In this document: positions 1 through 12,512 of the stretch, piece after piece
Layout of the letters: each line of letters opens with the position of its first letter
How positions within the stretch are numbered: the stretch's first letter is position 1
Source of the DNA: Lingula anatina
Lineage: Eukaryota > Animalia > Brachiopoda
DNA: 64,000 nt
Assembly: GCA_051362555.1 (NCBI GenBank)
Contig: CM120642.1
Location: 30,194,001 to 30,258,000, forward strand
Reading direction: 5' to 3'
Made by a program: the position numbers and the translations under genes
The notes under the pieces: model-generated
The model's database searches: none
Told to the model about the DNA's origin: nothing
The model's input: the letters and a program-made list of their open reading frames with translations, nothing else

Positions 1-397
1 TCCTACTGGCGTAGCCATAGTAACCAGCGCTAGGACTGGACTCGGGCAAGTTGACTGAAACAGAAGAGACATCCAGTCTTACAGAATAGATAGTCATCTC
101 GTATTATGTAATTTAAGGTATCGCCCAGGCTGTGGATGGCAACTGGCACTTTATTATAAAATTTATCAATCAAACCTATAAAATGTAAAATATCAAAAGC
201 AACTTCCCAACAGAACGAACGAAAAATATTTCTTCTGTTTAGCTTTGCAATTCGTCTTATAAGATCAAGAATCTTTTCATTGCCATAGATTTGATATGGG
301 TTGATGGGGCGTGGTGCAGACAAACGAAGATCCCAACTATTCTTTACATTATAGCCTTCTTGGTATTTTGATATATTGGAACATATATCTTACTTAC

Positions 398-455
398 CGA
401 CAGAGCCGCTTAAGAGGTGACAAAAAGTGCACAGAAGTACCAATAAGCACAACAT
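398..455 (-). CDS. First coding exon (signal peptide) of a secreted or membrane protein gene continuing beyond the left edge
   Basis: ATG at 455 encodes MLCLLVLLCTFCHLLSGSV (hydrophobic, signal-peptide-like), followed by a phase-1 donor G|GTAAGT; in-frame stop upstream. Confidence 0.6.
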
Positions 456-950
456 ACTGGCCCACAGCCTAGGCAGCCTTCTCCAGTAGCCACCGGTCCT
501 TTGGATGGTCAACTCCAGACCACGCCAGCTCGATGACCACGCGAGGAGTGACGGTGGTCAGTTGGGCGACTAGTGTGTTGACTAAGGTGGAAATCAAGGC
601 ATGAGTTGTGGTCACACCCGCGTGCCGCGTGGCCCAACGCACACAGAGAACTATCAGCTCAGTCACTGGTCTCGTGTGACAGCCAGTGTAAAAGGAATGC
701 AAGTTCGCTTGGAACCGTAGTCCATTTCCCATTACTTTGTACAGGTGAGATTCGTCCCATGCACTAACCCCAATACTCCAACTAATCCTAACCTGTACTT
801 ATCATATGGGAGCCCGAAATTCCATTCCTAGGACTTCCATTCCTGTTACACCCGTTTTTTATATCCCAGAATTAAATAGACTTTTTTCATATATGTGTCA
901 GAGTGCAAAGTTTGTTGGAATCTGTGTTTAATATTGCTGATCGGTCCAAA

Positions 951-1112
951 CATTCAGATTCGTACATCGTACTAGCTGGGTCGGTCCAACTCTGCAGGGG
1001 ATTCCTGCTAAAGTGCAATCAGTGGAATCGACTCAATTGCCTGAATCGAGTCAATTCACAAGAATCCCATGCAGGGTTGGACTGACCCAGCTAGAATATG
1101 AGAATCTGAATG
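951..1112. mobile_element. Short MITE-like inverted-repeat element
   Basis: CATTCAGATT..CTAGCTGGGTCGGTCCAACTCTGCA is mirrored by TGCAGGGTTGGACTGACCCAGCTAG..AATCTGAATG. Confidence 0.6.
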
Positions 1113-3483
1113 GCCCCTAAACCAAAGTATATATAATCATGACTCCGTTTTTGGTAATCGTCTAAAGCAGTAGGCCTACAAATTTCCCGAAATTATACAT
1201 ATCATAGATTATGTCGCCACGTTTTTCATATCAAGGCCATGTCTGTTTATAGTCTCTTATTGAGCTCTTATTCAAATGACGAATCAACTCAAACAACGAT
1301 TACTTGACTTTGTTTCCCACTGCGTAGACTACGATATAATTCTCTGGTTAAATTGAGAAAAGGAATCGCTTGAAAATAGTCGGTTTTAAAAAAAGCATGA
1401 TATTTTGTTATCTTGGCACGTCTCTCGTGGGTCGTATAACAGGCAAAATTTGATCATGAAAAAAAGTTGTTACTGTACCAGTGTCGACGCCTTTGGTACA
1501 TGTTACACACAACCTGTGAAAATTATACCCCTGTTAATATAGGTTTTGTTTTCATGTCACCGACACCAACAATATGGTACACGTTTATGTTTAATGGCCC
1601 TAAAAATACAATGTGCCGAGTTAAATGTTTTATTTCCGTGATAAATACATTTGTCAAGTTATAATATCTACATTCTTCTTACACATGAAGAAAAAAAAAA
1701 GTCCAAGTTCGTAAGTCAGGTTACTGCCAGAAAACGTTGTCGAATAGGTTTTAGTTACAGATACTTTCATTTGCAGGCCTTACAAACAGAGCAGGCAGAT
1801 GACATCTATTCCCAGCGTCCACGTTTCTCGGATCATGGGCCTGCGTTAGTCAAATGTGCCAATACTGGTTTATTCGACTATGACGTTAAAAGTTTGATTT
1901 TTTTTTTTACTTCAAACCTTTTACTTCGTGCATTTCATTCACTTGACTTTCTCCCGTCATTCCCCGGGACAAAACGGCAATCGCTGAGCTCGGAGATCAC
2001 CGTGTGTTCTCGACTTGAAACAAATTACTGGTTACATATATACAGACAGGGTACTTCTCCTTTAGAAAATAAATACCATTACATATCCGTCTCTTGAATA
2101 ATCTATCACCAATCCAACACAACCATCGTATAAGATCACTACATATTACTTTCATTTCAATTGCTCCTAATAGAAAAGTTCTATATTGATCAGGCTAAAT
2201 AGAAAAAATATTTTGTTGAAACTGCAAGGCAAGCAACTGGCCTACTTTTAATGACCATAAATGATGGCAACAAAGACGATATGCAACAATCACCCATATA
2301 ATGGACATGATAATATTAAGAGGTATCTCTCTATTTTAAACAGTAATAACAGCAATTAAGTTTAATATATACATCTACATCAATCTTCGTCTCTCCAACT
2401 TCTTATCCTCAAAGATTACTGGAGATTAGTTCCTGCACATCATATAAAAATACTGATTCTAAACAAGGAAAAGCGAAGGCAGCAAAAGCTTAAAAGCAAG
2501 TCCGAAATGCAGTAGCTCCAGAAACTATACACAGACAGCCCACCACTGTATGTATGTACAAATTGGAAATAGCCTTTAAGTAAACCAATTCTCTTAAAGC
2601 ATGTCGGTGTGTGCGTTTGTCAGCTTGCTTTCTCATACAGATATACCATGATAAAATTTGAATACATGATATGGGCAATTATATCAGATGGAGAAAAAAT
2701 GCACCAACTTTTGCCTCAGTTTTCAGAAAATATGCAATATCAAAAAGTGGTAAAAGCTGAAATTTCACTAAATTATTATGGATCTATTTTTAGACAATTA
2801 TCTTGAAAGTTCAGTGAATTTTCACACATGTAATATATAATAATAATGATTCATCACCTCACTGAAAATATGCAATTGCAATCTTTACCCTGTTCTCATT
2901 ATAAATAAATAAATATGTTATCATATGAACATAAAAATAAAAAAAAATATAACTGTCCAAGGATTCAGAATTGGTATAAGCAAAATACAATTTATCAAAA
3001 CCACGGCAACTGGTGTGTTGTTAATATTTCCATGGAAACAGGTATGTAAATCAAATAAATGGATCCATCATATATCTTGTTACTGACAAGAGGTCAACAT
3101 GGCAAAAGATTTTAAGTTTACAAAGAGGATTTTAAATATCCCAAGCTACCTGACATTGTATGCATGCTTAAGAAATGCATACAATATCTGAAATGTTTTG
3201 ATCTGTATTCATTCAGTAAGCATCTTCACGCTAATTATCTGAATATAAACTAAACCAGCACCATGATAATGTAATCTATCCAAAATAAGGAAAACAAACT
3301 GACACAAGTAAGTACACTAAAAAAAAAATAAATAAATAAAATAATAATAATAAATAAAAAATAAATAAAATAAAATAAAAAATAATAGGAATGTCTGAAA
3401 AAAATAGAGCATTTGAAATATCATCTATAATGCAAAATGTCTTTAGACTGCTGATCATCCACTTGTGATAGATAATTGTCATT

Positions 3484-3761
3484 TTAAGCAGTGGCCACGT
3501 CATAGGCGGGAGGTGGGTAAGTATGGGGATACCCCTGGGTTGGATACTGGGATCCAGGAGGTGGGGTGAATGCAGGGTACTGGTCGTCTGGCTGACCCAG
3601 TGGTCTCTGATCTGAGCTGTTGACAGAATACAACTGCAGGGTGCGCTGGCGTCGGCGTTGTCGTTGATACTTTAGGAAAAATGCAGCACCGATGATTGCG
3701 ACCATGATCAAAACAGTGGGCACCACCACTACAACTGTGATAGGATTATTGTCTCCAGAAC
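3484..3761 (-). CDS. Membrane protein exon 9 (TM helix and cytoplasmic tail)
   Basis: ITVVVVVPTVLIMVAIIGAAFFL TM, basic KYQRQRRRQR stop-transfer, Pro/Tyr-rich tail ending YPPPAYDVATA*. Confidence 0.9.
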
Positions 3762-6700
3762 CTGAAATATAAATATTCAATCAGAAAGTGCATTGCAAGA
3801 ACTCTTAAAATTGTCTATGACTGTCATTTTGAAGGGATATCATGTCATCTGTAAGGGACACATTAACACTAATTTTGTCTTATAAATTGTACAATCGTAG
3901 GGTTCAACTCGACACATACGATTACTGCCTGAACCTCTTTTACATGGTGTCTAAGTTTAGTTTAGTTATGTTTAGACAGAGACAAAAGTTCTACCCCTGA
4001 AAAAAAAAAATCCAAGCATGTACAATTTTTCCATGTTGATACAAAATGTCCACCTTTTTCAAAGAAACCGAGTGTGATTAAATAGCAAAGCATCATTCAG
4101 ACATGCACTGAAGACATAATATAAATGCCAGCATTTTTATTTTTCTTCAACTATACAAACTACTTTGGCGCAATCTTAAACTGCTGGCACACGCTCACAC
4201 ACAGAAAAAAAAAATTGCCAAAGGATTTATCTAAGAGGCATATATAATTGCCAGTTTGAGCTTAGCAGCAAGATCCACTTACTGGAGTGATCACTGTTGT
4301 GGATAACCTCTTCAACCTCTTCACATTGTTTCCCAGTATAACCCCCTGTGCACACGCAACTGTAGTCCATACCATAGAACGTGGTTTCACAGGAACCTCC
4401 ATTGTAGCAAGGATTAGGGTCACATGGGTGGTCTACAAAACAACAGTAAATTTACCATAACTGCTGACAAATGTCACGTTGATACTTCATTTCTTCAATG
4501 GTCATAATTAGCCTCCATTCCCATAGACACAAGTGGGCTAAGTGGATATACCCAACACTAATCAAAGAGCAGTGGAAAATCTTTGTTGATGATCTAGAAG
4601 CTAGCGCAAAACAAAATTGAAGAAGATGATGATCCTAAGGTGGAATACTACTGTTCTTTATTGATGTATTGATTTATTTAGCACAAGATATTGCAATCAA
4701 GCTGGTGTCTGCACGGCTGAAACACAATCCCCAATGGTTCTCCAATATATCAAACAAGAAATGGTATTTTCTACATCCACAAAACATGCAATTTCTTTCA
4801 TCCACAACAGTTCTCTTTTTATGATCAATTGTTGGAATGTAACGTTTCCAGCAATAGGTAAGTGAGTGCTTTCCTAATTGCCCAAGAAGTGGGAGTTATT
4901 ACACACCTGATGCTGGTTTGCTGGTTGGTGTGATGGCAGTATCACATTTTCTCCCAGTGTAACCAGGGCTACAATCCCTGCAGGTGTATTTCCCCCGCCA
5001 GTCCTTCTCACACCTCCCTCCATTAACACAGAAATCAGAGGGACAACCTGAAACACACAATTAAATAACACTATGCAACAATGGCTGTCAAATGTACAGA
5101 CCTGGGACTAACATAAATCAATTTTGTAATACACGATGATCAGCATAAAACAGCATAGCAACAGAAAAAAAACAGGTTCGAAAAAAAAAATCGCGTTTTA
5201 AGCGTAAACAAATTTTTCTTTTCCTGGGGATCTGGCTAATTATCAACAATTTAAAGTTCGTTCATAATTTACTAACTACCTGGTTGGTCATGACGAATTT
5301 AGATATGTGTCAACTTGGACTAATGCTGGAGTGATTTAGTTTCCTCTCCTTTTAAACTGCCTGTTTTATATGTTAACAGAAAGTCAATGATATGAACCAC
5401 AATACAAATCAATTGATTAAAAAACATGAAAATGCAGGCAATGGTAGTATTTCCAGACATTCCTGTATCACCTTCAAGCCCAATGTTGTTACCACGGAAA
5501 CCCTTTTACATGCTTACCGACATTCTGGCATCTACTTCCAGAGTACTCAATACTGCATTTACATGTGGCTTCCCCTTTCCAATTGAACTCACAAGTTCCA
5601 CCATTCAGACAGTCGGCTTCACACCCTATAAGGAAAATAAGTTTTAGGATATATTTCTTCTCAAAAGGAATCCTATTTGACAATAAATATTGGAAACATA
5701 AATCACACAATCTCTTTAAAATAAATAAAGAAATAAGTTACAGATTGAATCAAGGTCTTTCTCATAGCGTTTGGATAGGACTCACTGTTCATTTATGAAC
5801 AAATGACAGATTCACATACTGAACTCCCTGTATCCCAATTTCTGGGAAAATCCCTGAAATGAACACTAATATATTCTAATTAAAAAAAAAAAAAAAAACC
5901 TAAATTAATATTAAACCCACTAGAGAAATGAAATAGCAAGTGAAACGGAAAACGAGTCTTACTTCGTCCAAGCAGTCGTGCACACTGGGAAAAGCTACTT
6001 GGCTCATCACTGGTATTGTTTCCCTTACAGTTCTTCTGGCCATTACACACCAGTTCAGTGGATATACACATGTTAGTGCCCTCACACAGGAACCTCTTGT
6101 TGGCTGCGGTGCAATCTCCAGCTGCCACGTCATCTAAGGAAAGATTAAAGAAAAATGACACATAAAAAGTTTCTCTTCACAACAACAACAAAAATACTCC
6201 CAATCTTTAGAAAATCTTGCTTTGGACTTCTGAATCAGTAGGCTTTCCTTACGTTTTCAGGCATTCTAAATTGGAAAGATTGAATGTTTATGATTTCCAA
6301 ATTTGTCCAACTATATCAAACAATGTTGGGAGCAGGAGGCAGGGGTAATTCTACAAACTGTTGGTAACCAATAAATTAGGTGCTATATGATGGCCTCACC
6401 TCGGAAAGCTGTAATAACAGCATGGAACTCATCCTTCTCCGGTATCCCTTTATAGTCAAATGTGACCCCTGACTCTGATATTGTCCTGTCCGTCAGTCGA
6501 CTTCCAAACATTGGGTACAGCTCTTTGATGGAGGTCACAATGGCATCACTGCTCATGTCGTAGCCAGTCACTTCCTTCTTCACACCATATATGCGGCCAT
6601 ATGACGCAGGAGATCCCGACCGGCCACTTCTGACTGCCAGGCTAAAAATATCACAATAAAATGTACGGTAAAGTCTTGAAAATTTCGTCGCTTAAAAATT

Positions 6701-9700
6701 AATTAATATTTTTAATTGTGTAAATCCGACTAATTTTTCAAAATTACCTCTCCCCGACTCCTGGGTATGACGAAATTTTCAAAAATCCGGCCTTTGTGCT
6801 TTTATCCTTAGCGACTGTTATCTTTGACCCTCCTATATTGTGGGATATTTAAAACTACTTCCTAAGTCGTTTTCTGGTGGTAAATAATAATATATTTATT
6901 ACTGCATCTCGATTAAGTTAAATTTAACTTACTGTACCCGAAAATGTGTTGAGAATTATCTTCTCGGTAAGAAACATACCTCCTGATAGAGGAGAAGGAT
7001 CAAGATAAGTTGCGACATATTTAAAAAAAATTATGCACTTGGCAACGTTTGTTGCATGCAGGGCTTTTCCCAGGATTGAATGTCAGGCCTTCTAAAAGTA
7101 CCATCTGTAACTTCCTAAAAATTTACAGGGAGTTAAAATAATTGCTCCCGCAGACGATCTTCCGCAATTTAAGTTTCTTGAACTTATATGAAAACTGAAC
7201 GATCTCCCGATGATGATATGAAAATGGCCTTTTCGTCTCGCTCGGATCGCGAACGATCTCCCTCTGACGATCTTACGCGAACAAAGTCCGGCGATATATT
7301 ACGCAAACGATTCTTCGCCGAAGATACATGTATGCCGTGAGCGGGGAAAGGGGGGGGGGGGTTAAAGATGAAATTAAAAATATATATTATTTATAATATT
7401 CAAAGGGGAGGAGGGGTTAAAATAATGATCTCCCGCTGACGATCGTTTGCAAACTAAGTTCCTTGAACTAATATGAAAACTGCATTTTATTATTGCTTAC
7501 ATCGCGAACAATCTCCTGACGATGATATGAAAATTGCCTTTACGTCAAGCTAGGATCGCGAACGATCTCCCTCTGATATGATCTTACGCGAACAAAGTCC
7601 TGAGGATATTACGCGAACGATTCTCCGCCGAATATATACCGTGAGCGGGGGAGGGGGGGGGCTGTTTAAAGATAAAATGAAAAAGATATTTTTTAAATCC
7701 AAAGTGTGTGTGTCTGGGGTCTGGGGGGGGGGGGGGAGAGTGAAATAATGATCTCTCGCTGACGATCTTCCGTTAACGAAGTTCCCTAAATCCCTCGAAC
7801 TAATATAAAAATTGCATTTCATTCTTGCTTACATCGCAAACGATCCCGCGATGATTATCTTACGCGAACGATTCTCCGCCGAAGATATGCCATGAGCGGG
7901 GAAGGGGGGGAGGGGGGTTTAAGATAAAATGAAAAAATATATATTATTTATTAAATTCAAAGGGGGGGTTAGAATAGTGATCTCCCGCTGACGATCTTTT
8001 GCAAACTAAGTTCCTTGCACTAATTTGAAAATTGCATTTCATTCTTGCTTACATCGCGAACGATCTCCCGATGATGACATGAAAATTGCCTTTTCGTCTC
8101 GCTCGGATCGCAAACGATCTCCCGCTGATGATCTTACGCGAACGGAGTCTGCTATAAATATGAACATTTTCTTCTTGTCTCGTTTGGATCGCGAACGATC
8201 TGTTGACAATATTACGCGAAAGATTCTCTGCTGAAGCTATGAAAATTGCCATCTCGTCCCATTCGCATTGCGAACGATCTCCATGGATGAGCCAGGTAAT
8301 TGTTAAATGGTCCTAAATTGAACATGGACATGAATAGAAGTGACGGGTACATTTCCCTTCGAGATAATATCTTGATTTTTCATTGTGTCTTCCTCATTTA
8401 GGACAGCCGCCGATAACAATAACGGCGTTACAAATGACAAAGCAGCGGCCTGTGAATTTTATTTGCCGGCTTGATAACGCACCTTGAGCCAGGTAATAGT
8501 AATGAAACTATTTAGACAAAAGGCCGATGTTCCCGCAATTAAGAACGGGGATTCACATCTTAACCACTTATATTGTGAGTAACCGCTCGCAGGGGCGCAC
8601 TATTGTTCCTATCTCCCATTGAGAGTGTTATCGGCAATGATATCCTGATCGTATCATTGTCTTGAATCAACTGACGCATTACCTTCATGTTTGAGCTGGA
8701 CAACGCGGCCATATTTGGTGACGAACTTTTCAAAAATTATTGAGTACCTCATTTTCAAGGTCGACGAAGTTTTCAAGGGGAAAAAAATTACCTCGGCGGA
8801 AAATCGTCTGCCGACGAAATTTTCAAGAACGACGAAATTTTCAAGACTTTACCGTAGAAATATTCTGTGGCTTTGCAGCTTTTCAACAATTGTCTTCACT
8901 TATAAAATCTTAGCAAGTGACGCGATAACAAAACTGATCTTCTTTATTTTATAGTCAGCCTAACTTGCATCTAGACAAAGAGTCCAGGCCCCAGTTTCAC
9001 ACGCAAAAATAACTTAAGTCAGGTCCCCTGCCTAAGAACTTAATTACCAAGGTTACATGGGCACATCTTACCCTATCAGGAGCAGTGTAACAGCACTCTC
9101 ATGGAAATCCTAGTCAACTAGGATTTCCATGAGAGTGCTGTTACGGAAATCCTAGTCAACTAAGCCAGAAAACTGACAATTTTTTTTGTGAAACTGGAGC
9201 CAGAAGTTTGGGGGGGGGGGGGGGGGGTGTCTTCACTCTCTTGAAGACTTGCCTCTGTTGTATGACAAAACTTACCCATCGGAACCTCTGCGTTTACTCT
9301 GATAATTGGAGACATCGAAGGAGAGAGGAAACTGAAGGTCGATGGCCATGTCAAATGGCAGTTCCCAGTGCACCAGGAGTTTCACACCAGGCTCCTGACT
9401 ACGGAGATGAACTAAACAGGTTATCCTAGGGGGAAAAACATAATGTTTATAATAATCTCATATGTAATCAATTTCTACTGTAATTGATGGTAAAACATAA
9501 AAATGCCAACTTACTGAATTTCCACTACCTGTTTCTTTCAATTTTTTATGTCCAGTAACTCTCTCTGAGAATGATCAAAGGAAAAAAATATCAAAAATAT
9601 CATATCACTATTTTGAATAGAAAAAATATTATCTCTGGGAAAGTTTTTTTTTTTATTTTATACCTGTCACTCATGGCATTTCCTCCTGAGCCTTTAAGCT

Positions 9701-10701
9701 TAAGGATTATACTGTTGTTGAAGTTGATGGTTTTACCACACTGGTCCACTTGATATACAGTCTCAGCTCTCTTCTGGCCTGAGAAATGAAAAAGAGAGAA
9801 AACATATCAATAATTGCTCATGTAAGGAATTCTCAATTGAACTTAAAAAAATAAGTGTTCATCAGTCTTCTGAAAGTAAACAGATGCCTTCTAAGTTTAA
9901 GTTAAGTGATACTAATGCAACAGTCAATTAAAACCTGTCTCCTCAACTGGCATTAAATGCGTCCAAGAGGGGGATTTCATGCCGATTTAACAGCATGATT
10001 CCATAGGTGGGTGAGGAATTTAACCAAATTTAACCCAAGCCATGACAGTTAGCAAGGAAATTAACTTTGAACAGTATAAACAATTATATAAACCCCTTAA
10101 TTTCACAAGGAGGCTTAAGATTTCCTGTTCAAGGCAAGACTTACTAGTACATCAGTGCATGACATACTTTTACGCGCTAGAGCACCTTGACGACTATAAA
10201 GCACTGACAACTGGGTCAGGACTTTAATATTTAAATGCTCTTCAATCCGATAGTACAGGCATTAACTTATACATGCTGATGTTTACACACACAGGACATG
10301 TTTATACCTTTTTTATTTATAAAGATCGAACATATCTACAGAACACCGGGACCTCAGTATCGGGGCTTTAACAGGGGAAATGTTTCCCCCGGAAAACAGG
10401 GGAAATGCAGATTTTTAACAATGCATGGTTGTTAAATTCCCCGCCCTGTCGCGGAGGTCCTGGTCCGGGATTTCAATTGACTGGTGGATAAATAAAGAGA
10501 CAGAACAAAATGGCCCCCTTTTTTCTTCGAAGGTCGAGGAGATAATTCACCACAACACTTCCCAGATTTAGATAAACACAAACTAAATCCTTCTTAGCAT
10601 ACTAACATTTCAAGAAAAATTCACTTACCAGTAACAAGATAACTGTCAACACCTACAAACGCCAGAAGAATACAGCAAATATACGACCTCACGTCCGCCA
10701 T
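3484..10701 (-). CDS. Type I membrane protein with CUB-like, LDLa and 3 EGF domains (9 coding exons, 475 aa)
   Basis: Exons 10701-10629, 9778-9664, 9425-9276, 6641-6400, 6133-5963, 5625-5518, 5047-4907, 4432-4283, 3761-3484. All introns GT-AG with compatible phases; total 1428 nt open; Kozak CCACCATGG. Confidence 0.88.
4283..4432 (-). CDS. Membrane protein exon 8 (EGF-like 3)
   Basis: HPCDPNPCYNGGSCETTFYGMDYSCVCTGGYTGKQCE; phase 1-1. Confidence 0.9.
4907..5047 (-). CDS. Membrane protein exon 7 (EGF-like 2)
   Basis: CPSDFCVNGGRCEKDWRGKYTCRDCSPGYTGRKCD; phase 1-1. Confidence 0.9.
5518..5625 (-). CDS. Membrane protein exon 6 (EGF-like 1)
   Basis: CEADCLNGGTCEFNWKGEATCKCSIEYSGSRCQ; phase 1-1. 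Confidence 0.9.
5963..6133 (-). CDS. Membrane protein exon 5 (LDL-receptor class A module)
   Basis: CTAANKRFLCEGTNMCISTELVCNGQKNCKGNNTSDEPSSFSQC has the six-Cys LDLa pattern with SDE; phase 1-1. Confidence 0.9.
6400..6641 (-). CDS. Membrane protein exon 4 (end of CUB-like region)
   Basis: LAVRSGRSGSPASYGRIYGVKKEVTGY...GVTFDYKGIPEKDEFHAVITAFR; phase-compatible splice sites. Confidence 0.8.
6666..8854. mobile_element. 2.19 kb non-autonomous TIR DNA transposon (Tc1/mariner/pogo-like) in intron 3
   Basis: Perfect 25-bp TIR CGGTAAAGTCTTGAAAATTTCGTCG (6666-6690 / 8830-8854) flanked by TA on both sides; no transposase ORF. Confidence 0.85.
7140..8290. repeat. Internal satellite array of the TIR element (short CGCGAACGATCTCCC subrepeats in ~250-300 bp higher-order units)
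   Basis: TGAGCGGGG+polyG recurs near 7338, 7642 and 7893; many copies of GCGAACGATCTCCC/GACGATCTT. Confidence 0.85.
8985..9203. mobile_element. MITE-like element
   Basis: Imperfect TIRs CAGGCCCCAGTTTCAC ... GTGAAACTGGAGCCAG. Confidence 0.55.
9276..9425 (-). CDS. Membrane protein exon 3
   Basis: ITCLVHLRSQEPGVKLLVHWELPFDMAIDLQFPLSFDVSNYQSKRRGSDG; CCCCCTAG acceptor, GG|GTAAGT donor. Confidence 0.8.
9664..9778 (-). CDS. Membrane protein exon 2 (start of CUB-like region)
   Basis: GQKRAETVYQVDQCGKTINFNNSIILKLKGSGGNAMSDR; TTTCTCAG acceptor, AG|GTATAA donor. Confidence 0.8.
10629..10701 (-). CDS. Membrane protein exon 1 (signal peptide)
   Basis: MADVRSYICCILLAFVGVDSYLVT, CCACCATGG context, G|GTAAGT donor. 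Confidence 0.85.
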
Positions 10702-11937
10702 GGTGGGATTTTTTATTCCATTGACGGCGGCCTCGATTTCAAAATAGATGTGCCCAAACATGACAAGTAGACAAATAGATGATTACATATTGATTTTTTT
10801 TTTTTTTTGGGGGGGGGGGGGGGGATTTTGTGTGCATGAGTTTATTTATAGTTCTAATAACTTGCCCGAGAAACCAATTAAATGTGTTGCAAATTCTGAA
10901 AAGAAACGTAGCAATTATTCTTGCCGATAATAGATGGCGCTGTATACCCGGACTTTAGGTGCGGCAAAGTGAAATTGCGCAAATGATCCGCAATGACGGC
11001 ATGCAATGTCGTTTTACAATGACCTGAAATTTCTTCAACTTTTTTTCTTACTTTGACAATTTTTCTGTGGCCTTTCCCAGTATCCAACACTTAAGGGACA
11101 TCGTCTCTCAGTGGTTAATTGACTTAATTGGTAGGTCCAATTTGAGAGGTCCTCAGGGGTCCTTTTCGCAATCGAGCTAGCGGTAGCCTACCTATTTCTG
11201 TATCGCACCATTTTCACTGGTCCTATTATGTTATTTTGCTGTCAACAGACCAAAATGACCGTCTATTTATCTAGAGACATATCTGTCAATCTGTCGCCCT
11301 GGTAGTGGGTAATGCCGCGGTGTATGGTAGACCTTGCTCAGTGCCTCCAGTCGACATGTTCATGGCACAGTTAGTCTTTTTAGAAATGTTTAGTAATAAA
11401 AATCGGTATCCCTTGCACTGTATATTGAGCTTATTTTTGTCTTAGCCATATTGCGAGCAATTTTTCTATGGGCTTTCTCCAATATGCCTGTCGTTGGCCT
11501 GGGAACTCTGTTTTCATGCAATAGACACAGATTCTGATAAACCATGTTTCTTTTCAATTTTTACTCAAAACGCTAAAGACGAGTATACGATTAATAGTTT
11601 TATATTCAAATATATTTTACTGTTTACAGAAGTATGGCTTTTCATTTAGCAGTTTATGTCAAGGTAGACTTGAAAATGAAATATATGATAACTCTTTCTA
11701 TTCTTGTTTTAAAAATATATAAATGCAAAAATATCACAGCTCTTTTTTTCTTCTACAAGTACCTTTCCTCTGCGCGTCTTTCATAAGTATATTGGGTTAA
11801 TGATAGAATAAAGAAAAGAAAATAGGGAAAGCAAAATCAAATGTGTACAGAGGTATTCATGGACCGAAAAAAGATATGTTCTATATGTAAACAAAATCGA
11901 AAGATAATTGTGCAACAGGACATTTCAGTCTTGAATC

Positions 11938-12124
11938 CTAAGACGCTCTCAGTGTTACAAAATTTGACGTTTCCAAGACGGTGACGTTTCCGCCAAATGA
12001 TCCAACTGCAACGTAAGAAGCATCTTTATTGACAGCCAGTGTCAGGAGCTGCCCTCTGCCGTCGAATTCTCTAGTAGGATCCTTCACTTCACTAAGAATC
12101 TGACCAGTGCACAAGCTCCAAAAC
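11938..12124 (-). CDS. WD40 protein last coding exon
   Basis: [61 protein letters not shown]; long pyrimidine tract before the acceptor. Confidence 0.85.
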
Positions 12125-12478
12125 CTAGAAAGTAGATAGGAGAAAGGATAGAAGGCAAGAGAAAGAAAGAAAGAGAGAGGATGGGATAAGAGAGAAAATA
12201 AGAGAAACGAAAGGTAGATACGTATTTAAAAAAAGGCGAAAAAAAAAAGAAAAGAAAAAGGAAATAAAGAAATGTATGCTAAATAGGAATAGAATGGAAA
12301 TATTGAAAAGAAGAAGATCCATGCAATTGTTAGATATCATTGTTTCCGATTCACAACATCAACAGCATTATAGTGGCGTTGTCCCAATGTGGAAAGATTT
12401 AGCTTTCATCTTGATTCATAAAATAAACATTCCGTTTCGCTCAATTTCATAGGTGCATATAAATGAGATTCTTCTTCT

Positions 12479-12512
<34 letters not shown>

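Noticed and set aside
1651-2097. 148-aa plus-strand ORF
   Set aside because: TTG start, no recognisable domain, no splice support; lies between two minus-strand genes
7140-8290. ORFs 7550-7822, 8025-8234 and 8049-8252 as a transposase, or the region as a repeat-spacer array
   Set aside because: They are translations of satellite subrepeats with no DDE motif, and the intervening sequences are not unique
3484-10701. EGF-repeat gene as Notch or a Delta/Serrate ligand (RXR-Notch paralogon synteny)
   Set aside because: Only 3 EGF repeats, with no DSL, LNR or ankyrin domains
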